37,692 nt of DNA from contig JABLTG010000175.1 in the NCBI GenBank assembly GCA_016618085.1, positions 1 through 37,692 on the forward strand. The letters are read 5' to 3'. Under the pieces are notes generated by a model, which did not search any database, was not told where the DNA came from, and was given only the letters and a program-made list of their open reading frames with translations. The position numbers and the translations under genes are program-made. This document shows positions 1 to 9,264 of this stretch, piece by piece (position 1 is the stretch's first letter; every line of letters begins with the position of its first letter). This DNA is from Neovahlkampfia damariscottae. Taxonomy: Eukaryota.

Positions 1-6
1 CTCACA

Positions 7-183
7 ATGTCGAAAAAAGACGATGATTTTGTTAAAGAAAGTGAAATGGATGAAGAACTTGGAGAAGATGATACAAAACCTCAAATAGACAATGATGATG
101 ATGAATATGTTGAAGACGAAGATGGTGAAACCCCAAACCAAAAACCAAAACCAAAAACCAAAAACCAAAACCCGCTTGTTTGA
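7..183 (+). CDS. Small acidic hypothetical ORF (58 aa, MSKKDDDFVKESEMDEELGEDD...); could be spliced at about 125
   Basis: ATG at 7, open to TGA at 181-183. Coding-like GAT/GAA codon pattern, then a CCAAAA(A) repeat. Below the ORF-track cutoff; no homology recognised. Confidence 0.4.
   Translation: MSKKDDDFVKESEMDEELGEDDTKPQIDNDDDEYVEDEDGETPNQKPKPKTKNQNPLV
131..172. repeat. Imperfect (CCAAAA/CCAAAAA)n simple repeat
   Basis: ccccaaaccaaaaaccaaaaccaaaaaccaaaaaccaaaacc seen directly. Confidence 0.7.
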
Positions 184-653
184 TCAGCAGATTTTAAGTT
201 ATTGCTCTTCAGTCTTCACGTGGCTAATTTTCAAATCCGTAACCTTAAAGTCGTTCTCTAAAATATTTGGCCCTCCTCTCTTTAATTCCGACAAAAAGAC
301 CCTTGAGTTGAATGATGGAGCATTTTTTTTTATTTTTCTTGGGTTTTCACTTTCCAGTTTCTTAAAAATATTTCTGAGAGAATTCATATTGGAAGAGGTT
401 TATTACTTTGTGGATCAACAAAAGATTCTTCCTCGTATTTCTTAAATAGGTTGAAAATGTCTTTTGCTTGTTCTTCTGGCGCAGTCATTTTTTTTAGTTT
501 TTAAAAGTTAAAATACCCTTGCCCAATCACCTTTATTTCAGAATTTGAAAATTGAAACAATGTGAATTTCAGTTGGATTTTTCTTCTCCAGAATCGGTCG
601 AAATTTTCTTATAGGTTCGGAATTTTTGAAGTGTAATTGCAACAACAAACAAA

Positions 654-995
654 ATGGAAGACATAGGTAAGATTGTCATTTTTTCACTAATTTGATCAGG
701 ATTATTTGGTAGAATTGTGATGTATATTTTAGGAGTCATTGTTAGTATAATAGGTGTTATAATGTGGATAGTTTTTATTATTTTCATTCTCTGTGGGATT
801 TATTATTTCAGTTGTGTTCATAAAGAACAACACACAACCTACATTCCAAGTGATTCACCAAGAACAAGTTATTATGATCCACCAAAAACTGAACAACACA
901 TGGAATATAAAGTATACCATGACCCTTATTACACTCTCGGTGGGATGTCGCAACCAGGAACTGTAACTACTTACAGAACAACATATTATACTTGA
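654..995 (+). CDS. Small membrane protein of unknown function (MEDIGLFGRIVMYILGVIVSIIGVIMW...)
   Basis: ATG at 654. A 33-nt intron at 667-699 (gtaag...cactaat...cag) splices in frame into ORF 717-995. Long hydrophobic stretch followed by a Tyr/Thr/Pro-rich tail. Confidence 0.65.
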
Positions 996-1073
996 TAAAT
1001 AAACCTTAGACTCAAAAAATTATCGTTAATTATTTTTTGTTTTAACTCATTTTTTCCCTTTTTCAAAACAAGT

Positions 1074-1515
1074 TTAAAATTTTTCCCAATTTCCCAAGAT
1101 ATCCATCACCTTTCCCAATTTCATTTCAAATTTTTCAACCTTTCCATTCATTTTTTTTTTCATACACTTTTTCATGACCTGCACTCCTTTTACCAATTCA
1201 TCGAGTCTGAGAGAAGATTTCACCTCACTCAATAAAACACCATTTCTCAGGATTTGTAGGATTGGAGGTGAGAAAAAAATGGTGGGGGAATTTTTTTCGT
1301 GATTTTTGAAATGAGAGAGGAGAGTGTGTTTGAAAGCTGGAAATTTAAGATTTTGGGATGGAGGGTTGGAGGAGGGGTGGAATTGAGAGCTGGTAGAGGA
1401 AAGGTGGAGAGAGGGGTGGAAAGCGCGCGATTTTTCAGGGGGCAATGCACTACTACTGCTGGTATAAAACTCGTTTAAAAATAAATTCTCACCTTTCAAA
1501 CAAATTACTCTTCAT
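1074..1515 (-). CDS. Hypothetical protein with Ser/Pro/His-rich N-terminus (MKSNLFESSSSALPPEKSR...)
   Basis: ATG at 1515. A 34-nt gtgag...accag intron joins it in frame to ORF 1074-1499. No family recognised. Confidence 0.45.
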
Positions 1516-1798
1516 AACATTTGAACTTGTTCACAAAAGATTTATCGGGTTGGGATACAGCTGAAGTTTAAATTGAATAAATATTTCTATGCTATCGTTA
1601 ATAATCAGAATACCAAGCAAGCTAAAGACGAAAAGTGAAAAATTGGATAAAACTGAAGAAAGCAAAGAAGGTAATTCATAAACATTTCAAAATGCAATTT
1701 TGGACAAAAAACTGCAAAAACAGTTCCAAATTGAACATTTTTTTTTATAATTGAAAATAAATTCTCAAAATACATGACCAATCAAATTCTTTTTTAAA

Positions 1799-3206
1799 AT
1801 GCTGGGGTTGAGAACAATTCTTGAAAATAATTTTTGATCCATACAAAGCATGGACTTTCTTGATATTATTTCTATTGATGGTATTTGTTTGAGCGATTCT
1901 TTATGGGAGAAAGGCTTTCAAGAATTTATTTCAAAATACGAAAATGAACAAAGATTAATTTCTTTGATATCTTTAAAAAAGAAAGAATTATTGATTAAGA
2001 TAATATTTGAAGATGTGTTGAACAAAACATCAACTGTTTCAAAAAGTAAAGCATAATACAATATTTAACCAAATAGAACTTCATTATTGTTTGATTTGTT
2101 TCAAAATTTTATTAAGAGAGAAAGAAGGAACATTAAATCAATTATCAAAATCAAATATTTTAGTTTTAATTGAACTTTTATTTTTTTATCAAAATTATCA
2201 TTTCAACAAAAAAATACAAGAAGAAGAAAAAGAGTTGACAAAATTAATACTTGAAGAAATATTAAAAGTATTCATAAATATATTATTTCAAAGTTCAAAA
2301 AATGAAATGAAATTATTTATTTTGAATTCAAAAAAATATCAACTGAGTTTAAGAAATATTTTAAAAAATGTAAACTATTAAATTTATAACTAACTAGCTA
2401 TTATTTAGATTTCTATTAGTGATGAATCATTTTCAATTGATTTATTTTATTTAATTTCGCGAATTTTATTTTCTATTTCTTTATCTTTTGATGATGCGAT
2501 TGAAATGAATGAAAATTTAAATGAAATTTTGATATATTTAATTAAAATATTAATTAAAATTGAAAATTTAGATGAATCAAATTTAATTGAAAATAATGAA
2601 ATTATTTCATCATCAATCATACAAAATTATTTATTTCTTGAAAATTTGATAAATTCAAATATTTATAACAAGATTATAAATGAAATTTTATTAAAATTAA
2701 TTTTAAATACATTTAAAATGAATATCGTGATAGAATCATTGTTTTTCAAAAACTCATTTAAATTAATTTTCAATCAAAATTTTAATTTATTTTCAGAGAA
2801 TATTAATGGAAATGAATCAAATCTATTTTTAATTTTAATTCAATTCAATAAATTATTTGAGAAATCAAATAGATATTACAATGAAATTATTGATTATTTT
2901 AAATTATTTAATGAACATTTAAAACATTCAAAAGTATTAAAAATAAATTTAAAAAAGTTAATTTTTAAATCAGAAAAAGAAGAGATTAAATTATTGACAC
3001 AATATTTAAATAATAATGCTAGTAATTTGGAATTAAATTCTTGCATTTTTGATTTTTTATTTTTAATTTCTGGAGAAAATGATGAAGAAATGAATGATAA
3101 ATTAAATGATTTTAGAAAGATAATTAAAGATGAAAAATGGATAAAGTTTATGATTAAAAGATATTATGAAACTATTGAAGTTGATAATAAATGTATTTTT
3201 CAATAA
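1799..3206 (+). CDS. Multi-exon hypothetical protein, Asn/Ile/Leu/Lys-rich, probably helical
   Basis: ORFs 1850-2056, 2091-2381 and 2505-3206 can be linked by short GT-AG introns at about 2046-2076 and 2370-2409. CCAAT box at 1778. Start codon uncertain (1799 or 1850). Confidence 0.55.
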
Positions 3207-3209
3207 ACT

Positions 3210-4330
3210 TTTCATTGTTCAATGATTTATCTCCTTCAACAAGCGAATTATTTCATATTCTTGAAAATAATCATATAACACTGGTAATACTTTGATGATT
3301 TTTGCTAGAGTTGCATAACTATTTCCAAAACTTGCTGATATTCTGGAATATCTAAGTCCGTGACCCATGTGAAAAAATTGACGGATTTTTACTGGAAAAA
3401 TGAAAAACGAATTTTTTTAGTGGAAAAATTGTTGTACTCCCATAAAAATTCTGTTAAAAATTCCTTTTTAACGGAAAATTCTTGAATTGCTGTGATCAAA
3501 TGTTTTGCTTTCAGAAAAAGCTTCAATGTTCAAAAGACTTTTCAAATCGTCATGATTCAATTGAATAAATAGATTTTGTGATTTGACATTTTGTGACAAT
3601 TTTTCGTTGTGTTTTGTGATGTTGATTTGGCAAAAATTTGAAAATCAATTTTTCTGAAAACCATGTTCGAAAGCAAAACTCTTTTTCTTTTGGTTAAAAC
3701 TCTTAAAATGAACCAGCAAATGAATCATTTGTTTTATGACAGTCTGTTTGAACTTCAAGCAACTCTTTGAAAAGTTCTTATAAGGTTTTCTGCTGAATGA
3801 CTGATGCTTTTTTGAATATGAAACTGGTAAATTATGAATACAACTGGAAGCAATAATCACTCTTTCAATTGAAACTCCATCTTTGCTTTCAAAAATGTTC
3901 CATTGATTCTTGGATTTGAATATGGTTTCATAAACTTTTTTTGATAATGGCTTTTGAAAACATGTTTCATGTAAAATTCTTCATGAGTATACTTAAAGTG
4001 CCGATGAGCAATATGCTGTTGAAAATCTGTGCTTAAATTAATTTCCAATATTGTTTTTCTTTTGCGTTTGAGTGCGACTTGTTGTGATGGTGCATATTCG
4101 CTTGGAATTTGGTTTTGTTTTTTTTGAATCATCGGATCTCAGTTGTTATTGTGATCATTGGATTTTCTTTTGTTTCTTTGTTGAAATTTTTTTTTTTCTT
4201 TTTTTTGTTTGCTTCTTTTTCTTGAAAATCCATTTGAAAATATTCGTTTCCTTTTTCTGTTTCACTTCTTGCTCTTTTTTTTTATGGTTTTTTAACTTCA
4301 ATAACACTCTTTTGTGAAAGCACTGTTATA
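3210..4330 (-). pseudogene. Decayed coding-like sequence of unknown family
   Basis: Coding-like peptides alternate between frames (KRARSETEKGNEYFQMDFQEKE; ILHETCFQKPLSKKVYETIFKSKNQWNIFESKDG; ELFKELLEVQTDCHK), with stops not explained by introns. Confidence 0.4.
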
Positions 4331-4348
4331 ATATTTCAATAACACTCT
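4297..4348. repeat. 14-bp direct repeat TTCAATAACACTCT (4297-4310 and 4335-4348)
   Basis: Two exact copies 38 nt apart, where similarity to the L2563 intron ends. Confidence 0.8.
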
Positions 4349-4354
4349 CTTATA

Positions 4355-4495
4355 CTCACCATGAGATTTTCTCATTGAAACTTCCCTCGTACCAGGTGTT
4401 GCCTCGTACATACCCTAAACTTTTTATGTATGGACTAGCTGGCATAATCTGTGCAAAGAACAGACCCAACTATTCCCACCCCAAATTTCTAGTTG
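4355..4495 (-). mobile_element. 5' half of a degenerate group I intron (IE-like) at LSU site L2563
   Basis: The rRNA exon ends ...UUGUUCACCCACU at 4496 and the expected AAUAGGG is absent. IGS GGUGGG (4480-4475) pairs with CCCACU with a U-G wobble at the splice site. IE-like P element GGCAACAC-CUGGUACGAGGGAAG (4403-4381) and Q element AAUCUCAUGGUGAG (4368-4355). No R or S elements found. Confidence 0.75.
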
Positions 4496-4544
4496 AGTGG
4501 GTGAACAATCTAATGCTTTGTGAATTCTGCTTCACAATGATAGC

Positions 4545-4575
<31 letters not shown>

Positions 4576-5670
4576 ATCGCTATGAATGCTTGGCAGCAAC
4601 AAGCCAGTTGTCCCTATGGTAACTTTTTTGACACCTTTAGCTTCAAATTTCGAAAGAAATGCAGTTTAAGTCGTGAGACCCAAACCACTCTTCACTAAAG
4701 GATTGCTAGGACACTTTCACTGCTAATATTCGTATTAAAAATATGAGTCAAACCAACTATTGGCCTGGCAAGCTACTTTAGGTTTCTAACCTAAATGTGT
4801 TTGTCTTTGTACACTTGCGTTATCTTTTAACAAGTGTGCCGCCCCAGTCAAACTCCCTGACTGAATATTTCCTAAATTAATCTCACAGGCGAACCCGTTT
4901 TATACTAGAAACGACCAGAATTGTAAAACAATAGAGGCTGGTATTTTTCATTTCAATGAGTGAAATACCATCAAATGTAGTGGTATTTCAAATTTCGTAA
5001 CCTTCCACCTGTTCTACACCATCAGCATCATTGCACAAATTTAAACTAGAGTCAAGCTCAACAGGGTTTTCTTTCCCCCGTTGACATTCCCAAGCATGTT
5101 CCCTTTGATGTAAGTTCCCTAGATAGTAAATAGGGACAATAGGAATCTCGTTGATCCATTCATATGCATCACAAAATAAATGACGAGGCATTTGGCTACC
5201 TTCAATTTATACCAACCTCACTTAAATCATTTCTTATCTAAGCTTTAAATACAGTCTTTACTACATTTAATATGCAAGAGCTCTTATAATAAATCAAGTT
5301 TCTTTGAGGTTTAGCACATTCCTTAAGCTGCCAAAGCAACCCACACCGTACTGAGCATTACTACAGACCAATTATAGTCTTGCCACAAAAATTAACAACA
5401 CATAATGTACCTTAGTCTTCCTCGTACCAGGTTGTGTCGCCAGTTAGTACTTGCATCTTTTTACTAACATGACTAGTGGACATAACATGTGTACCCACAT
5501 ATTCCACTATCTCTCAGTTTCAAGAGAGTCATAGTTACTCATGCAGGTACCCCGTGCTTGGTTGAATCTCTTCACTTTGACATTCAGAGCACTGAGCAGA
5601 AATCACAAAGAGGCTACAACAAATTTAAAGCCTATCTCTTTGCTTTGTTTTTATTAAACAGTCAGATTCT
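4496..5670 (-). pseudogene. Degenerate LSU (28S) rRNA gene fragment, domains IV-V
   Basis: Reverse complements of universal LSU motifs: gggtgaacaatc, gagccgacatcgaaggatcaaaaagc, gtgccgccccag, ctagagtcaagctcaacaggg, tgacgaggcatttggctacctt, aagagagtcatagttact, cactttgacattcagagcact. Many substitutions at normally invariant positions, and truncated at both ends. Confidence 0.93.
5203..5521 (-). mobile_element. 319-nt group I intron (IE-like) at LSU site L1926, no ORF, mutationally decayed
   Basis: Interrupts GACUCUCUU|AAGGUAGCC: starts after U and ends in G (5203). IGS GAGAGA (5515-5510) pairs with UCUCUU with a terminal U-G. IE-type elements in order: P CUGGUACGAGGAAG (5430-5417), Q AAUUUUUGUGGCAAG (5393-5379), R GUAAUGCUCAGUACGGUGUGG (about 5361-5341), S GCUUAAGGAAUGUGCUAA (5328-5311). 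Confidence 0.88.
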
Positions 5671-5805
5671 TATATTTCCATAGGTTGCATCTATTTTTAA
5701 CTGACATATTTTCTTCAAATTTATTTGATTGAATAAAAAATCTTAAAATTAAAATGATGAAAAATAAATTCTAAAGTTTCCATTCTCCCAAACAAAAATA
5801 TTTGA

Positions 5806-5878
5806 AGCCCGACGCGGGGCTCGAACCCGCGACCGTTAGGTTAAAAGCCTAACGCTCTACCGACTGAGCTAGCCGGGC
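5806..5878 (-). tRNA. tRNA-Lys (anticodon UUU), intronless
   Basis: GCCCGGC acceptor arm, D arm TAGCTCAGTCGGTAGAGC, anticodon arm TTAGG-CTTTTAA-CCTAA, T arm with GGTTCGAG, closing GTCGGGC. A T5 Pol III terminator follows on the minus strand. Confidence 0.97.
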
Positions 5879-6009
5879 TTTTGTTATTTAAATTCAAAAA
5901 GTATAGCTTAATGAGAATGAATCATTGTATTCCAAAATGTTGAGGGTTGTGAAACACTGTTCGAAACTGAGATATAGTGAATAGGAGAATAAGAAAAATT
6001 TATTTTTTT

Positions 6010-7387
6010 TTAATAGACGAATGGAACAAATAAATAAGGAACCTTTTCACAGTATCTATCCCAATCAGTCTTGTACTTTTGGCTGCATCTATGAATATCT
6101 CTGTTTGCCCTGTGGATAATCATGCCAGTGAAGAAACAAAAATAGAAGTATGGTATTGGTGATCCTAACCCACAGCATGCTCCCCAAAGAAATGCCATGC
6201 AAATATCAACAGTGTAATGAATCTTTCTTGCATATCTCCACCATCCATCAACCAATAATTTACTTCCACTTTTTGTATCCATATATTTTGGATTCTCCAA
6301 AGTTCCCCATGGAAGTTGTGGAAATGTATAACGGTATTTATATGAGTTATTAATCATCATTCTAAATCTGTTTCTTTGTGATTGAGCAGTATCCCAAATA
6401 TAATAACAGAAAAATAAAATGATGAAGAAAGTAATCATCACTGAAGATGGGACTGAAATATAATTTGAATATTTGTAAATATAAAATGATTGAAGATAGT
6501 AAACAAAAGGTACTCCTGAAAAATTCCAAAATATCAACATAAATCCAAATTTTTCATAAAAAATATCCCAAGTTGTTGGAATACATTCTAGATTTTAATA
6601 AAAGAATCCAATGATATTACCTTCTCCTTTCATAATAGCATTCACATACAAAAAATGAGCAGTGAGTATAAACCACATTGAATTTGTAATTTCTCCTAAT
6701 GTTTCATATTGTTTCATTGCAGATGAAAGTGTCAATAAAAACAATAAAATCCAACTAACTCTTGCTATAAATTCGTTAATTAGTTTTTTTGAAAGTACCC
6801 TCTGCAAACATTTTAAGATCAAGAGTACCAATTCGTGGATTCAAAGATGCACCCATAAAAAAGTCATAAATAAAGTTTCCACTCATTCTATGTTCATTTT
6901 TTGTGATCAAAGTATAAAAGAAAAGATATAAAGCTAAAAAATCAGCAAATAAAGTTGAAATAAGCATTAAAGAAGGTAAATAATCTACCAAAACAGAAAT
7001 TTTGAAAACATTGGTATAGTAAAAGACTCCAATAAGAGATAGCGTGATCCACCAAGCTTGAAAAGCATTACAGTTATATTTTAATTTCTTATTTCCTTCA
7101 TGTTTCAATGGTAAACCTTCCACTTCAAATCCAGGAATAATCCAAGCAAGAAAAGCTTCAAATAAAATGAACCCAAGATATAAAGACATTGAAATATAAT
7201 TTGGTTGAATGTGGTGGAGTATTTCTTTGAGCATTGTAAGAGATGGAAGAGCCAAAACTCCGTTGTTCAAATCAGTGCAGTACCAAAGATAATAAGGTAT
7301 AAAATGACTAAAAATGATGATAGACACAGCTCCAATCGGTCCTCCAAATTCGTATTCAGTTTTGGTTTCTTTTTCTTTCACCATCAT
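6010..7387 (-). CDS. ERG4: Delta24(28)-sterol reductase (ERG4/ERG24 family), 3 exons
   Basis: Motifs EYEFGGPIG, LNPRIGTLDLKMFAE, spliced KGEECIPTTWDIFYEKFGFMLIFWN, YIWDTAQSQRNRFR, TFPQLPW, LLVDGWWRYARKIHY. Two introns of about 33 nt restore the frame. Confidence 0.9.
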
Positions 7388-7861
7388 TTTTGAAATCGGC
7401 TAAATTCTTTTAACCAATGATTCATGATATAAAAAAAATTCGGAGTTTCAACTCCGAAAAAAATTGATTTTTCAAAGTTGAAGTTTGGCTGTGTTTTTTC
7501 CGTTTAGTTTCCATTGAATTGGAAACATAAAAAAATCCATAAAAAAAATCATAAATCAACTCAATCAATTTCTTGTTTCAATAATAATATGCCAATTCAA
7601 AGAATACTTTGAGTACAAAAATTAAATTATTATAATTATAATACTTCCATCTCACTTATCATCAAGCTATCATAATTGTTCGGTTCTGAACTGTGGCATT
7701 CATTAAATTAAAGAACTTCTCTTTCAGGATCTTGCAATTTCAACAATAATTCAGTTGATTCATGTATTGTTAAATTGGTTTTACCTTTGAGTTTCAACGT
7801 TTTACTTCATCAATAAAAATTGCTATTTCATTTGATTGGTCAATTAATCAAACAACAATTA

Positions 7862-9228
7862 ATGTTAAAGAATCAAGAGAGATTTTTGAAGAAATATTTC
7901 AATAATGAAAATGCTGAGTCCAAGGATGTCAATCAAAAACGAAAAATTGAAGAAGTATCAACTCATAAAAAAACAAATGCAAAGAAAATCAAAAAAGAAA
8001 AATCCGTAGAAGACCCTTCAAGCTTGTACATCAAAGACCCATATTCAGCTCCTATAGTCAAAGAAGCAAAAAAATTTTTTTTAAATAATTTTAAAATGAA
8101 ATTACCTGTTCACATGGGCGACAAAGAAGGATGGAGAAATATATCAAAATTACCAGGTAAAAAAAAAAGTTATTCAAGAATTTTTCAGTGAGAAGAGAAA
8201 CTAAAGATATAAATTCAAAACCTATTATAGGTCTATTTTCACCTGGTTCAAGGAAACTAATTTCAAAAACTGAATTTCCAGCACATCATCCTTCAATTAA
8301 CACTTTAACACCAATATTGATTGAAGGATTCATGAAAAATAATTTATCTGGATATAGTGATGAAGATGGCACTGGTGATATTAGATATGTAATGATGTCT
8401 GTAAATCTTTCAAATTCAAAAGTTCAATTGACAATTGTTTTCAATCAAAAAGAGGCAACCAAAAATTTAAAAAAGTTTGTTAAATGGTTGAGAAAAAAAA
8501 ATGAAGACATATTACATTCAGTTTGGGTTCATTTTAGAAATGCAACATCCACCTCGGATTCAGCAATTTTTGGAAGAGATGAGAATTCATGGTCTTTATT
8601 ATTCAGTTCAAATGAAAAGGATGAAGGTTATATTTGTGAAAAAATGAATTTGAATGATTTACAATTAGAAAAAACTCCAGAATTATGTTTTTCTCCTTCA
8701 GTTTTTCGTCAAGCCAATTTGACTCAATTTCAAAAAATAATAAACTCAATTAGAAAAAGAATACCAGAAAATAGTAATGTAATAGAATTATATGCTGGAG
8801 TTTGTACCATTGGAATGAACATTGTTGATAAAGTATCTTATATTTCATGCAGTGATGAAAATCCAAATAATGTTGAATGCTTCAAAAAATCAGTAGAATC
8901 ATTAAACCCAAAATATCAAAATATTATTTCCTATACACCATCAAGTGCATCTGAAATGGTAAAAAAAAGTATTTTATCAAATTCTGATGTGATTATTGTT
9001 GATCCAGCAAGAAAAGGTTTAGACAAGGATGTGATTGAATCATTTTTGAGAGTTAAAAATCCAAAGTTACTATTTTATGTTTCATGTGGTTTTTCCGCAT
9101 TTAAACGTGATTGCCTTGCTTTAACAAAGAATGGAAAGAATGCTTTTAAGCTAGTTCATGCAGAAGGACATATTTTATTTCCAGGGTCTGATCATATTGA
9201 AACATTGGCAGTATTTGAAAGAGAATAA
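7862..9228 (+). CDS. RNA (uracil-5)-methyltransferase, TrmA/RlmD family, 2 exons
   Basis: SPSVFRQAN, SAM-binding ELYAGVCTIG, IVDPARKGL, catalytic YVSC, FPGSDHIETLAVF. Intron at about 8157-8188 gives WRNISKLPVRR. Confidence 0.88.
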
Positions 9229-9264
9229 AATTACTGCCACTTTTTTTTGGGTTTGTAACGTTAT

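Noticed and set aside
131..172. Telomeric repeat or CRISPR-like array
   Set aside because: Only about six irregular units, no spacers, and inside or next to a small ORF.
92..488. ORFs 92-445 (+), 199-387 (-) and a possible spliced micro-gene from ATG 488 (-)
   Set aside because: Mutually overlapping, short and without recognisable homology; I cannot choose among them.
5203..5521. R2 retrotransposon remnant at the 28S target
   Set aside because: The insertion point differs from the R2 site, there is no RT ORF or poly(A), and group I hallmarks are present.
4496..5670. Functional rRNA gene
   Set aside because: Truncated on both sides, with substitutions at universally conserved positions.
4375..5683. 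ORFs 4375-4698, 4988-5191 and 5489-5683 as proteins
   Set aside because: They are chance frames over rRNA and intron sequence.
7439..7526. Two short hairpins (TTCGGAGTT-TC-AACTCCGAA; GTTTCCA-N6-TGGAAAC) as an ncRNA or MITE
   Set aside because: Stems are only 7-9 bp with no other support; could be chance or protein-binding palindromes.
7590..7815. Possible C/D snoRNA or gene fragment on the minus strand
   Set aside because: TGATGA/CTGA boxes are common in AT-rich DNA, no rRNA guide was recognised, and the reading frame is interrupted.
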